Counted from the first letter of the stretch, positions 26,292-35,507 are shown. The stretch is DNA of 64,000 nt from a virus (IMGVR_UViG_3300042301_002383:3322-67321); one strand, 5' to 3'. The notes: generated from the letters alone by a model not told the origin. Made by a program: numbers and translations.

Positions 26292-26845
26292 GATTTATAA
26301 AGTCTATTGTGATTGTACAATGCGACAGGATTTTCCTCCGCAATAATTCCGTATTCTTTCATCACATTTTCATATATGACGTTTTTATCTTCATTAATGT
26401 ACTTACCAATAATGTTAACAAACCCATAGTTTGACTCATCAACTTCACCTTGTTGAGTTCCTGGTAATCCACAGTACAATGCCTCCCCAACCTCGCTGAT
26501 GAACATCCCAGAATAGAACCCAAGTAGTCCAAAGACATCAACAAACTTATCAGCATTACACCAAATAAAGACACTGTTGTCCTTTTCTTTTAAAAGTGGT
26601 ACCATTGATTGGTCGATGATATAACCTCCGTATTTTGCACCACAATTATCAAATTGACCTATTGAGAATAGACCACCTGGACTGCCATGACCCATCATCA
26701 TTACACGGTCGTGTTCTTTAATTAAGTTCATAACATCCATCTTACTACAACCACCTTTGACAACGGTTTTATTTGGAATGTTTTTATAAACTATATCAAG
26801 AAACGTAGTCGACTCATCCGCCGGATGTATTATTAAAGTTTTCAT
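26288..26845 (-). CDS. hypothetical protein
   Basis: 185-aa ORF. Confidence 0.55.
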   Translation of the reverse strand: MKTLIIHPADESTTFLDIVYKNIPNKTVVKGGCSKMDVMNLIKEHDRVMMMGHGSPGGLFSIGQFDNCGAKYGGYIIDQSMVPLLKEKDNSVFIWCNADKFVDVFGLLGFYSGMFISEVGEALYCGLPGTQQGEVDESNYGFVNIIGKYINEDKNVIYENVMKEYGIIAEENPVALYNHNRLYKS

Positions 26846-27222
26846 TATTCTATTTTTGATTTGATTTCTTGGAATACTCCATCAGCCACCTCTCTATATT
26901 CATCATACTGTTGGTACCTATCTTGAAATGTTTCCAATGAGTGGATAATAGTTGTATGGTCTCTATTTAAAATTTTACCGATGTGTTTTAAAGTGTGACC
27001 AAACTCTCTTTTCATAACCGCAACGAAAATAAATCTAGCATCGATTACTTCTCTATCTCTAACTCTTGATAATATTTGGGAAGCGGTGACACAGCAGTTC
27101 TTAGCAACTATATCGAGTATTTCGTCTTTTGTTATTCTATCTCTTTTAAACCTTTTTAATTTTTTATATTCATCGGTATTTTTCATACCGGGGTAAACAT
27201 AGGGACTGATGTTCTCTATCAT
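26845..27222 (-). CDS. DnaA domain IV-like (DnaA C-terminal HTH) protein
   Basis: 125 aa; VIDARFIFVAVMKREFGHTLKHIGKILNRDHTTIIHSLETFQDR matches the DnaA C-terminal DNA-binding signature (...IAMYL.REL...SL..IG..FG.RDHTTV.HA); no AAA+ domain. Confidence 0.7.
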   Translation of the reverse strand: MIENISPYVYPGMKNTDEYKKLKRFKRDRITKDEILDIVAKNCCVTASQILSRVRDREVIDARFIFVAVMKREFGHTLKHIGKILNRDHTTIIHSLETFQDRYQQYDEYREVADGVFQEIKSKIE

Positions 27223-27239
27223 GTTTTATTGTTTTAGAG

Positions 27240-27276
27240 TACAAATATATATGGTTTTTTAGAATATTCCAAAAAT
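27240..27276 (-). promoter_or_regulatory. minus-strand promoter (TTTTGGAATATTC ... TATATTTG)
   Basis: minus reads TTTTTGGAATATTCTAAAAAACCATATATATTTGTACTCTAAAACAATAAAACATG (ATG = 27222). Confidence 0.6.
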
Positions 27277-27279
27277 ATT

Positions 27280-27516
27280 TTAGAAATTCCCAAATAAAAA
27301 TTGGTAAACCACCTCGGGTATTTGGGTACAGATTGATTGTGCACCCTGATTGTCAGTACATTCAATATGTGGTAAATTCTTAATATAACCCCTCATATAT
27401 TTTGGAGCTCTGTTTAATCTACCAACAATATAGTCTCTTGGGTATAGTTTATCAGCTTCATAAAATCCTTCTGATATAACTCTTTGGTACTGAGACTCAC
27501 TTACAATTACTTTCAT
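27280..27516 (-). CDS. hypothetical protein with V-I-V-S-E-S-Q-Y N-terminus
   Basis: 78 aa; MKVIVSESQYQRVISEG. Confidence 0.5.
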   Translation of the reverse strand: MKVIVSESQYQRVISEGFYEADKLYPRDYIVGRLNRAPKYMRGYIKNLPHIECTDNQGAQSICTQIPEVVYQFLFGNF

Positions 27517-27527
27517 ACCTATAAATA

Positions 27528-28655
27528 TTACCCTCTTGGCGTTTCTGCACTTGGACCTCCGTTTCTAATATAATAACTTTCTCTATTATGTTCGATAGTT
27601 TCTGGAATTGAGTTGATTTCACCTGAATTCCACATCATTCTATCTATTATTGTATCTGATTGAGGGTCCGCAGCATTTTCGCTGTCTTCGTATTCCCTTT
27701 CTTCGGATCTTTCCTCTAACATCTCTTCCGTAGGGTCATTTTCTCTTCTAATGGCTGCACCGATTCTATTACTTAATCGTCTTTCAACTGGTTGCTCAAC
27801 TGGTGTTGGTTCGTATAGTCCACCACTCTTAAATAACCCACTATGTTTTAAAAGAATATCCTCTTTAGTTCTTTGGTCATCGTCTAACAGATATCTATTT
27901 GTTTTGGCATTTTTAGCCATCGATGTTTCACCAATTACTTTTCTTAACTCATCGTTTAATTCAGTTTGTAATGAATCAACACGAGTATCTTTTTGATTCC
28001 AAAATGAAAACTCTTGGTCGTTTTTATCTAATGAATAAAAACTTGCAACTTTATAACCTGTCTTTTTATTAATACAATAAATTAAAACACCTTTAGAACT
28101 ATACTTAATAAAGTATTCAGGATTGTTTGATTGAGTTGTACACCATTTAGTGTTAGAACCATATTTTTTAGATGCCAAATATGTTAATGGTCTAACTAAT
28201 AACCATTCATCATCTTCATAAACTTTAATGATTTGGTTCTCCATGTCCTTAGTTTCTACCTTCATGTCGGCAACACTAACGGAATTAACAACATCTTCAA
28301 AATTCTTATATCTACTTAAATCATTTTGTTCAATAAGATTTCTCTCATTGTAATCGCAAAATTTCTTAAAGTTTATTAAATCTTGAACATTAAAAAAACC
28401 ATCAACAAATTTATACAACAACATTAATTGGATTTCACTAAATTGATTTAGTTTTTCCACGCTAATGAATGTAAATTCAGTAGTTAATGTATCCTTAATT
28501 TCTTTAATATGTTCTTTTATATTTGGTGTACCTTTCATTAGTTTAAGTAACAAATCGGTATACTTAGATTTTCCTTCTGGACTAAACAATTCAAGTACAG
28601 TAACCAAATTTAAACTGTTGTCAGGATTGGTTTTTAATTCCTTAATTTTCGACAT
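27528..28655 (-). CDS. hypothetical protein
   Basis: 375 aa; acidic C-terminal third. Confidence 0.55.
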   Translation of the reverse strand: MSKIKELKTNPDNSLNLVTVLELFSPEGKSKYTDLLLKLMKGTPNIKEHIKEIKDTLTTEFTFISVEKLNQFSEIQLMLLYKFVDGFFNVQDLINFKKFCDYNERNLIEQNDLSRYKNFEDVVNSVSVADMKVETKDMENQIIKVYEDDEWLLVRPLTYLASKKYGSNTKWCTTQSNNPEYFIKYSSKGVLIYCINKKTGYKVASFYSLDKNDQEFSFWNQKDTRVDSLQTELNDELRKVIGETSMAKNAKTNRYLLDDDQRTKEDILLKHSGLFKSGGLYEPTPVEQPVERRLSNRIGAAIRRENDPTEEMLEERSEEREYEDSENAADPQSDTIIDRMMWNSGEINSIPETIEHNRESYYIRNGGPSAETPRG

Positions 28656-28668
28656 TTTTTTTTATTTT

Positions 28669-28953
28669 TTAATTTATATAAATAAATTCTGATTTTTTAT
28701 ATTTTTTTTTCAATTGGTAATCATATTCCCAATTTTCAATAATTTGTTCCGCTAATTCTTTTTGTTGAAACGGATAATCACCTGATACCCACACTTTAAA
28801 GGGTAATGTACCCATACTCGTCCTAAACCAAACTTTTTGCTGTGGTTGATACATTTTGGTACCATTTATAACATAAGTTTCAATTCGATACTTTGGTTTT
28901 GCTTCTAATGTCACCACTCCCAATAACATTAAAAATATAGTTAACTTTTTCAT
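28669..28953 (-). CDS. small secreted protein
   Basis: 94 aa with N-terminal signal peptide (MKKLTIFLMLLGVVTLEA). Confidence 0.5.
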   Translation of the reverse strand: MKKLTIFLMLLGVVTLEAKPKYRIETYVINGTKMYQPQQKVWFRTSMGTLPFKVWVSGDYPFQQKELAEQIIENWEYDYQLKKKYKKSEFIYIN

Positions 28954-28954
28954 A

Positions 28955-29611
28955 CTAATAAAATTTTCTTAACACCTCAATAACGTCCCAAGCATCTTCA
29001 AGTGCATTGTGGGTAACGATACCGTTAACCCCTGCACGTTCTTTACATTGTGTTAAGTTTGGTAATGACTTATCATTCTTCCAATCAACCACTAAAATTG
29101 ATGGGTCCAATACTCTTTGACGGGTACGAATTAACTTTTGCCACCAAGGAAGTTCTTGTAAGAATAACTTATCGAATGTTCCAAAGTTTTTACCTGCAAC
29201 ATTCAATGTAATTGCTTTAGTCTTGCTATCAATAACAGGTGTTAATTTTCCATTCACATGAGTTGATGGTGAATCTAAATGTGAAAATCCGTTACACCAA
29301 AGAAACTTATAGAACTCTTTAATGATATCATCTTTCTCATGGAAACTATAATCAGAATGTGTATTCATTATATTTCTCTCGAAATCAGTACCTTCAAGAT
29401 AATCACCAATCATTTCAATGATTTCTTTATTCATTGTGAGTGCTCGAGGTGAACCCGTGATTTCATTTTGAAGAATGATTGCGTTGAACTTAGGACATTC
29501 TTCGTATGGTAATTTCTTTTCAGTATCTTCAATGATTGCACCGATAGATAATGTTTTGTGTTTCTCGTGGTCAAGACCACTGGTTTCAATATCAATGCTG
29601 ACGTACACCAT
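28955..29611 (-). CDS. DEDDh 3'-5' exonuclease (DnaQ/RNase T-like)
   Basis: 218 aa; Exo I VSIDIETSGLD and Exo III H-x4-D (THNALEDAWD). Confidence 0.75.
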   Translation of the reverse strand: MVYVSIDIETSGLDHEKHKTLSIGAIIEDTEKKLPYEECPKFNAIILQNEITGSPRALTMNKEIIEMIGDYLEGTDFERNIMNTHSDYSFHEKDDIIKEFYKFLWCNGFSHLDSPSTHVNGKLTPVIDSKTKAITLNVAGKNFGTFDKLFLQELPWWQKLIRTRQRVLDPSILVVDWKNDKSLPNLTQCKERAGVNGIVTHNALEDAWDVIEVLRKFY

Positions 29612-29618
29612 AATTTTT

Positions 29619-29888
29619 TTATTTAATGTTAATTAAATTATTTATCTCAGACTCAATTTTAAACATCAAAGCAGCTTCTAACCCTTTATCTTTCCAATTA
29701 GTTTCGAAATAGAATCTTGCCATATTAAATTTCAACTTAATCTGGTGAAGTTCGAACCCCGGTATTAAAATTAATTCTTCCATTACTTTATCCAAGTAAT
29801 CGGTTACATCTGTAATATCAAATTCCAATCCATACCAACCTTTGGGTATGTACGGTTTATACTTTTCGTTGAATTCATTTGCTGTCAT
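29619..29888 (-). CDS. hypothetical protein
   Basis: 89-aa ORF. Confidence 0.5.
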   Translation of the reverse strand: MTANEFNEKYKPYIPKGWYGLEFDITDVTDYLDKVMEELILIPGFELHQIKLKFNMARFYFETNWKDKGLEAALMFKIESEINNLINIK

Positions 29889-30130
29889 TAGTATTTGTTT
29901 TTATCTGATTTACCTAAATGTGCACGACCTTTAATTGTTCCATTAAAGTTATCCTCTTCAATATTTCTATCAATAATCAATGATGTACTATTAAGACTTA
30001 TCATTTCTTGAAGTGCCTTCTTTGCAATTAATCCACCATACTTTCTTTTGTGTTTGGTGTTGTCTGCACCTAACAACGGTGCCTCAAATTCAACCTCAAC
30101 TTCCAAACTAATTGTATATTTGAATAACAT
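29888..30130 (-). CDS. hypothetical protein
   Basis: 80-aa ORF. Confidence 0.45.
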   Translation of the reverse strand: MLFKYTISLEVEVEFEAPLLGADNTKHKRKYGGLIAKKALQEMISLNSTSLIIDRNIEEDNFNGTIKGRAHLGKSDKNKY

Positions 30131-30140
30131 AATAATTGTT

Positions 30141-30617
30141 TTATAATCCTAAAACTTTTAGTTGATCGATAGTGTGCTTTGCACTTACATGATGAATACC
30201 GATACCTCCAGCATCTCTCCATCCTTGAATGTTATCCAATCTATCGTCAATTAATATTGAGGTTGGTGTTGCAAAATCTTTCTTGTGTTTTGCACTTCTA
30301 AGAATTAAATGTGTACCAGGTAATTCCCTCTCAACCCAATCGTGTTTTGCAACTATTGAGTCGTTTTGTCTTGATGGTGCTGATAGTATTTCTGGTGTAT
30401 ATTTTTCAATGTACTTCCATAATCTTTTACCATCTCCCGTCCATTCTAACTTAATCCAAAAATCGTAACCAGCTTTGTTGATGGGGTCCCAAAAATCTGT
30501 ATCATTTCTATGTACACCAGCAATTAAGTCTTCACCAGTTAATTCTTTGTAACCTTTGTCAAAGTCAACCAGGACTCCGTCCATGTCACAATATATCTTG
30601 TACTCTGTGTTTTTCAT
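30141..30617 (-). CDS. HAD-family 5'(3')-deoxyribonucleotidase-like protein
   Basis: start moved to ATG 30617 (MKNTEYKIYCDMDGVLVDF...) because the minus-strand promoter (TATCTTTG) lies between 30617 and the track start 30662; DMDGVL motif I. Confidence 0.6.
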   Translation of the reverse strand: MKNTEYKIYCDMDGVLVDFDKGYKELTGEDLIAGVHRNDTDFWDPINKAGYDFWIKLEWTGDGKRLWKYIEKYTPEILSAPSRQNDSIVAKHDWVERELPGTHLILRSAKHKKDFATPTSILIDDRLDNIQGWRDAGGIGIHHVSAKHTIDQLKVLGL

Positions 30618-30619
30618 AT

Positions 30620-30660
30620 AACAAAGATATATAAAATTTTTGAATATTCCAAAAAATAGC
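30620..30660 (-). promoter_or_regulatory. minus-strand promoter (TTTTTGGAATATTCAAAAA ... TATCTTTG)
   Basis: minus reads GCTATTTTTTGGAATATTCAAAAATTTTATATATCTTTGTTATATG. Confidence 0.6.
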
Positions 30661-30662
30661 AT

Positions 30663-30690
30663 AAAAAACCCTCACATTTTTTGTGAGGGT
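30663..30690 (-). terminator. rho-independent terminator (minus strand)
   Basis: CCCTCACA-tttttt-TGTGAGGG perfect 8-bp stem; minus strand then TTTTTTAT. Confidence 0.7.
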
Positions 30691-30699
30691 TAGAATATA

Positions 30700-30924
30700 T
30701 TAATCTTTAGCCACAATCTGACCAGTTCTTGCGTTGACTAAAAATAAGTTACCTTTTGCATCTTTAGCGGGATAAACGTCGATGTCACCACCGTCCATTT
30801 GCTCATCCACCTCTTCTTCGTGAGCAATACTATCGGGATTCATATCCTCTGTTTCTTGCTCGTTAACTATATTTGAAACAATTCTTTCAATATCGGATTG
30901 TTTTAATTTAATAACTTTTGACAT
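30700..30924 (-). CDS. hypothetical acidic protein
   Basis: 74-aa ORF. Confidence 0.45.
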   Translation of the reverse strand: MSKVIKLKQSDIERIVSNIVNEQETEDMNPDSIAHEEEVDEQMDGGDIDVYPAKDAKGNLFLVNARTGQIVAKD

Positions 30925-30977
30925 AATTCTATTTTATATATAAATACTCGTTATTAGGTTTTCTTTTTATAAATACA

Positions 30978-31517
30978 TTATAAAGATAGGAAAGTTGGGA
31001 GTTCTAGGTCCTTTTCTGAGACTCTTATGAAGTAATCACTTACCCCCCAATCTATGTTCAAGGTTGGGTCATTATAAATAATCCCACCTTCACTTTCCTT
31101 ATTATATGGATTATCAACCTTATATTGAAATATTGCATTATCACTTAACGCTGAGAATCCGTGAGCACATCCCCTTGGTATGAACACTTGTTTGTTTAGT
31201 GTCTGACCTAATTCCACCTCGACAACCTTACCGTAGCTTGGGGAATCCTTTCTAATATCAACAATAACGTCCAATACACGTCCACTGGTACATGTAACAA
31301 GTTTAGCCTGTTCATACTTACCTGTTTGGAAATGAAGTCCTCTAATGGTCCCTAAATGAGAATATGACATATTATCCTGAACGAACTCCACATCATAACC
31401 CACGTTACTATTGAAAACTTCTTTGTTATATGGTACCGCGAAGTATCCCCTACTATCTACAAACGTATCGTAATTTATTATATAACAACCACCAATGTCT
31501 GTTTTGGTAAATTTCAT
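30978..31517 (-). CDS. rmlC: dTDP-4-dehydrorhamnose 3,5-epimerase (RmlC-type cupin)
   Basis: 179 aa; RGYFAV..., VQDNMSYSHLGTIRGLHFQ, KLVTCTSGRVLDVIVDIRKDSPSYGK, IPRGCAHGF align with RmlC/RfbC. Confidence 0.8.
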   Translation of the reverse strand: MKFTKTDIGGCYIINYDTFVDSRGYFAVPYNKEVFNSNVGYDVEFVQDNMSYSHLGTIRGLHFQTGKYEQAKLVTCTSGRVLDVIVDIRKDSPSYGKVVEVELGQTLNKQVFIPRGCAHGFSALSDNAIFQYKVDNPYNKESEGGIIYNDPTLNIDWGVSDYFIRVSEKDLELPTFLSL

Positions 31518-32461
31518 TATTGTATATTCTTAAACATTTGAGGCACTTGACCATATACTGGTAACTTACCATCCCATTTATTAATGTACTCTAATTGTAA
31601 TAACAATGGTGTCAATGTTACTTGTTTCATTCTATTTGATTCAGCCTCAGCTTTTGCTGATGTTAACATTGCTTGGGCGTTACCTTCCGCAGTTGCCACT
31701 TTAATTTTAGCTTGAGCCTCTGCAGTTTTAACCTCATTCTCAGCTCTCAATGCTGCCTGAACCGCGTTGTTCTTAGCCTCAATAGACTTCTTAAACGTCT
31801 CAGGATAAATCAAATTAGATGTGAACTGATTGATAATAAATCCCTCTTTCAATAGTTGTCCATCTAACAATCTACGAACCTCCACCTCAAACACTGCTCT
31901 ATTTGAAATCAACTCATCCGCTGTGTATTTGTTAGTTGCCAATCTGAACGCATCGTACACCGCAGTCTTTAAGAAACCTTCTTCGATGTCCTCCAATGGT
32001 CTACGATACTTACTAAAAATCGAAGGTACTTTATCTCTTTGAACCGAGTAATTCATAATAGGTGACACACTAAACTCAGATCCATCTTTACTATTTACCA
32101 CGAATGAATTTTCTCCTTTATATTCTTTGTGTTGGATGAATGTTGGGAACTCATAAATGGCAGTTGTAAATGGGTTATAGAATACCATACCAGTGACTGC
32201 CACTACATCATCCACACCTTTATTATCTCCATATTGATTTACTTTAACTCCCACATGTCCTGCGTCGATTCTCTCACATGAGAAGAATAAAAAGGTTAAT
32301 GTAAAAAATGTTGCTACCCCAATTAAAATGTTTCTCATAATTTGTTTTTGTTTTATTTTTTGTTCTTGATAAAATTCTGATTCCATTCGGTCTAATTCTT
32401 CATTTGACCTTTGTCTACCATAACTGTCCCATCGGTTATCGTACCTATTAAATGCTTTCAT
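31517..32461 (-). CDS. SPFH/band-7 (prohibitin/HflC-like) membrane protein
   Basis: 314 aa; N-terminal TM helix; coiled-coil A/E/K-rich tail (AEAQAKIKVATAEGNAQAMLTSAKAEAE). Confidence 0.7.
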   Translation of the reverse strand: MKAFNRYDNRWDSYGRQRSNEELDRMESEFYQEQKIKQKQIMRNILIGVATFFTLTFLFFSCERIDAGHVGVKVNQYGDNKGVDDVVAVTGMVFYNPFTTAIYEFPTFIQHKEYKGENSFVVNSKDGSEFSVSPIMNYSVQRDKVPSIFSKYRRPLEDIEEGFLKTAVYDAFRLATNKYTADELISNRAVFEVEVRRLLDGQLLKEGFIINQFTSNLIYPETFKKSIEAKNNAVQAALRAENEVKTAEAQAKIKVATAEGNAQAMLTSAKAEAESNRMKQVTLTPLLLQLEYINKWDGKLPVYGQVPQMFKNIQ

Positions 32462-32474
32462 ATTATTTTTGTTA

Positions 32475-32741
32475 TTAATTTTCTACCATTTCATATGTCA
32501 TTTCAAAAATATCAGGTTTACATGGATAGTACTCACCTTGTACACCTCTAATGATATAATCACCAATTGAAGCAATCATCTCACCTTCCAATGTTGGTAT
32601 CTTAATGCATTGATTACCTTCTGAATCTTTTGAAACAATAAAATGTGACACTTCACTAATTGAGAAGCAATCTAAACATCTAAAATTACCATCGTACTGT
32701 ACCGCAGTTATCACTACGGGTTTCTTTCTAAATCTTGCCAT
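32475..32741 (-). CDS. hypothetical protein
   Basis: 88-aa ORF. Confidence 0.5.
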   Translation of the reverse strand: MARFRKKPVVITAVQYDGNFRCLDCFSISEVSHFIVSKDSEGNQCIKIPTLEGEMIASIGDYIIRGVQGEYYPCKPDIFEMTYEMVEN

Positions 32742-32742
32742 A

Positions 32743-33111
32743 TTATTTCTTATTAATTTTTTTTCTTGTTTTTACAAATGGTTCTTCACTTTTAATTTCA
32801 GAAAATTGTTTAGTGTTTCTTTTCTTTTTAAGAATCTCTTCTTTTGGAATGTAATCTAATTCGGTTTCGCCCAACTTAATTTCATCAAGAGATGATTCAA
32901 AAATGTTTTTAAAGTGGGCAAAATAACCTGGAGCTAAATAAATGAATAGCAACGTTGTTACAATACCGATTAACGCTGAAATTATATTTAATATTGTATT
33001 TGGTTCCGTTAATCCAGGAAACACAATGAATTCAAATACTAATACAATCCCAATAACCATTCCAACAAGATCTAACATGCCAGAATTAAAAAATGTTTTT
33101 ATCTTTTTCAT
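32743..33111 (-). CDS. membrane protein
   Basis: 122 aa, two TM helices. Confidence 0.5.
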   Translation of the reverse strand: MKKIKTFFNSGMLDLVGMVIGIVLVFEFIVFPGLTEPNTILNIISALIGIVTTLLFIYLAPGYFAHFKNIFESSLDEIKLGETELDYIPKEEILKKKRNTKQFSEIKSEEPFVKTRKKINKK

Positions 33112-33124
33112 AACTTATTTTTTT

Positions 33125-33436
33125 TTAATATAAATCTTCAGAATATAATTCCTTAAATGTTGTGTCTGATATAATTTGGTTAGCCTCTCTTGCTATTTTC
33201 ATACCCTCATATCTATCCACAAATCTATTGGTATTTGTAACAAATCCCTGAACCGATTCTCCGGAACAATCTTCACCATTTGTACAAGTCCTTTTACCTA
33301 ATAAAATCACCATAGTACGGATAATATCAGCATGTCTATGTCCTTCTACAACTAAACCTGTTTCAATGTTTATAGGTTTGTATTTGGGAGTTGGTATATC
33401 CTTATACCAAATTGCTGCACAATATATTCTTTCCAT
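33125..33436 (-). CDS. hypothetical protein
   Basis: 103-aa ORF. Confidence 0.5.
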   Translation of the reverse strand: MERIYCAAIWYKDIPTPKYKPINIETGLVVEGHRHADIIRTMVILLGKRTCTNGEDCSGESVQGFVTNTNRFVDRYEGMKIAREANQIISDTTFKELYSEDLY

Positions 33437-33594
33437 AACTTATTTTTTCATTTTCTAAAATTTACCCCATTGGGATTTATCTCGGTTTTGTTCGGCAATT
33501 TTAATACCTAACCAAATCTCGTTAAAGAATTGTTTAACCTTGTTAATTATTAATTTCATAATCTAATATAACTAAAATAATCCGAAATAAAAAA

Positions 33595-34248
33595 TTATCT
33601 ATCAACATTTAACATTTCATCCATATGATGATCATCAACACCTAATTCAGAACCAATTGGTCGTTTCTTCATATCGTTTAATAATCTTTTTAAATCGTAT
33701 GGTGCAAACTCGGGGTTACCATCCATTCCTACATCCATTCTACGTCCATTACCGAACTTTTTATGGTTAGGTAGGTGACAATGACCATGAAGGTGAACAC
33801 GTCCCTTACGAAGTCCATTCCACGATGCAATTGGGTAATGACACATCTCAATTGTTTCTCCTTGGTATGAGAACTGCTCAAACCAATTAACACTTAAAAA
33901 CTTACTTCTAATGTTTTCTCTATTCCTATCAATGTGATGGTCATGGTTACCTAATACCAAATGTATATTCTTACAGATTAATCTATTATAAAATTCTTCA
34001 ATAGTTTCAAACCCACCGAATGACCAGTCACCCAAATGTATCAACACATCATCTTGACCAACAAGTTCATTGATATTATTAACAATTGCAGAATTCATTT
34101 TATCAAGAGTATCAAAATTTCTTGTTTGTGATTCGGGTATTGATCCGTCGGGCATTCTCCAATTGGTCACACCTCTACATATGTTGGTGTGACTATAATG
34201 TGTGTCAGATGTTATCCAAACTTTTATATTGTTATCTATCTTTATCAT
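33595..34248 (-). CDS. calcineurin-like metallophosphoesterase
   Basis: 217 aa; motifs WITSDTHY, GDWSFGG, GNHDHH, GHCH. Confidence 0.75.
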   Translation of the reverse strand: MIKIDNNIKVWITSDTHYSHTNICRGVTNWRMPDGSIPESQTRNFDTLDKMNSAIVNNINELVGQDDVLIHLGDWSFGGFETIEEFYNRLICKNIHLVLGNHDHHIDRNRENIRSKFLSVNWFEQFSYQGETIEMCHYPIASWNGLRKGRVHLHGHCHLPNHKKFGNGRRMDVGMDGNPEFAPYDLKRLLNDMKKRPIGSELGVDDHHMDEMLNVDR

Positions 34249-34249
34249 A

Positions 34250-34750
34250 TTAACAAAAATCTGTTGATGAACTCACACGAAGCCCATCAATTATTTTATC
34301 ATCATATTCTGGTTTATCAAAAAATGAACCCATACCATTTGTTCTTTCTTTTCTACGATACTCTTCGTTAACCACTAATCCATCAGGTTCACCCCAACTA
34401 AGTGCCATGTCAATGAATTCTTCCAAAAACCACTCAGTACCATATTCATCAACAATCCTACCCGAACGAATAAACTCAAGTAACTCCTCTTTATTTGAAT
34501 AATATTTGTTGTCATGAAAATTCCAACAGAACTTCCAACCCGAACTTCTTTTACCCAAATGTATATTCGAATCTTTAATGAACATATCCCAAGGTGAATA
34601 CCATGACCAATCTTTGGTTGGACTAATGTACTTCATATCTCTTTCGAGGTTTTCAACACTCATATCCATTGATGTAACTTGTTGAATTAGAGTCTGTTGT
34701 CTCTTCAACATCTCTTCATTCGACGCAATTCTGTAATAATTTGTTCCCAT
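34250..34750 (-). CDS. hypothetical protein
   Basis: 166-aa ORF, ATGA-coupled to upstream gene. Confidence 0.55.
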   Translation of the reverse strand: MGTNYYRIASNEEMLKRQQTLIQQVTSMDMSVENLERDMKYISPTKDWSWYSPWDMFIKDSNIHLGKRSSGWKFCWNFHDNKYYSNKEELLEFIRSGRIVDEYGTEWFLEEFIDMALSWGEPDGLVVNEEYRRKERTNGMGSFFDKPEYDDKIIDGLRVSSSTDFC

Positions 34751-34806
34751 TGTGTGTTAGTTTATACACAAAAATATAAATTTTTTTTGATATTCCAAAA
34801 TATTGC

Positions 34807-34838
34807 AAAAAAAATCCCTCAAATTTCTTTGAGGGGAT
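34807..34838 (-). terminator. rho-independent terminator (copy 1 of a repeated ~55-nt terminator module)
   Basis: TCCCTCAAA-tttc-TTTGAGGGGA; minus strand followed by TTTTTTTT; near-identical module at 35552-35611. Confidence 0.7.
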
Positions 34839-34874
34839 AACTGAAACTCTACGTAGATTAGTCAATGGAGAATC

Positions 34875-35507
34875 TCAATTTTTTTTAAAATTCATATCGT
34901 ATCTAATACCCAATGCGGGTTCGAACTTGGTAACTCGACTATTTCCGTGCATTACTGAATATTTTACCACATTTCTAAACTTACCATTCGTTTCTAAATG
35001 GAATCGTTCTGTAATGCGAACTTCTTTTGTAAACCCAAAAATAAAATACCAAGATGCACTTGACTTTACATTGATATTATCAGTTAAATCGACTAACGAT
35101 TTTTGTAAATAATAACGTAAAAAACCAGCACCAGCAGAAAAATCAAACCCATATTTTAAAGGTGTTATATAATACATACCCATACCAAATCTTTTATTTG
35201 AATTTAATATGAATCTATCCGTTTCATTATAATACTTATTCTGAAAATCATCTGGATAAATTACTTTATCCCTATATATATCAACTCCAAATCCATCTCC
35301 CTTTGGTTCGTTTCTTCTTTCATAATAAGCATTACCATATGGAGAAACTCCTAAACTAATACTATTCCAACGTTCATATTCTGATGTGTTATCGTTATAC
35401 TCTTTAACATAAGAAACGGTTTTAATTTTTTTTAATTTATACTCTTGTGCGTAAGAAACAAGCGACAATAATATCATCAATAAAACTAATAATTTTTTCA
35501 TAATCAT
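34875..35507 (-). CDS. outer-membrane beta-barrel-like protein with signal peptide
   Basis: 210 aa; signal peptide ...LVSYAQE; alternating aromatic/hydrophobic pattern throughout. Confidence 0.55.
   Translation of the reverse strand: MIMKKLLVLLMILLSLVSYAQEYKLKKIKTVSYVKEYNDNTSEYERWNSISLGVSPYGNAYYERRNEPKGDGFGVDIYRDKVIYPDDFQNKYYNETDRFILNSNKRFGMGMYYITPLKYGFDFSAGAGFLRYYLQKSLVDLTDNINVKSSASWYFIFGFTKEVRITERFHLETNGKFRNVVKYSVMHGNSRVTKFEPALGIRYDMNFKKN

Noticed and set aside
15534-28692. Antisense ORFs inside long minus-strand genes (15534..15740+, 17489..17749+, 18445..18663+, 23462..23710+, 24317..24514+, 24543..25055+, 25904..26110+, 26137..26346+, 27751..27996+, 28465..28692+; likewise 31673..31855+, 31830..32042+, 32942..33133+, 35661..36110+, 38250..38450+, 38592..38774+, 41687..41872+, 42568..42864+, 43786..44055+, 44133..44363+, 44438..44680+, 46205..46462+, 46483..46773+, 49908..50177+, 50620..50820+, 52637..52894+, 56616..56840+, 57286..57525-, 59346..59537-, 62702..62887-, 63167..63358-)
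   Set aside because: Each is fully embedded opposite a longer ORF with recognisable motifs or operon coupling, has no promoter box, and has low-complexity translation typical of AT-rich antisense frames.
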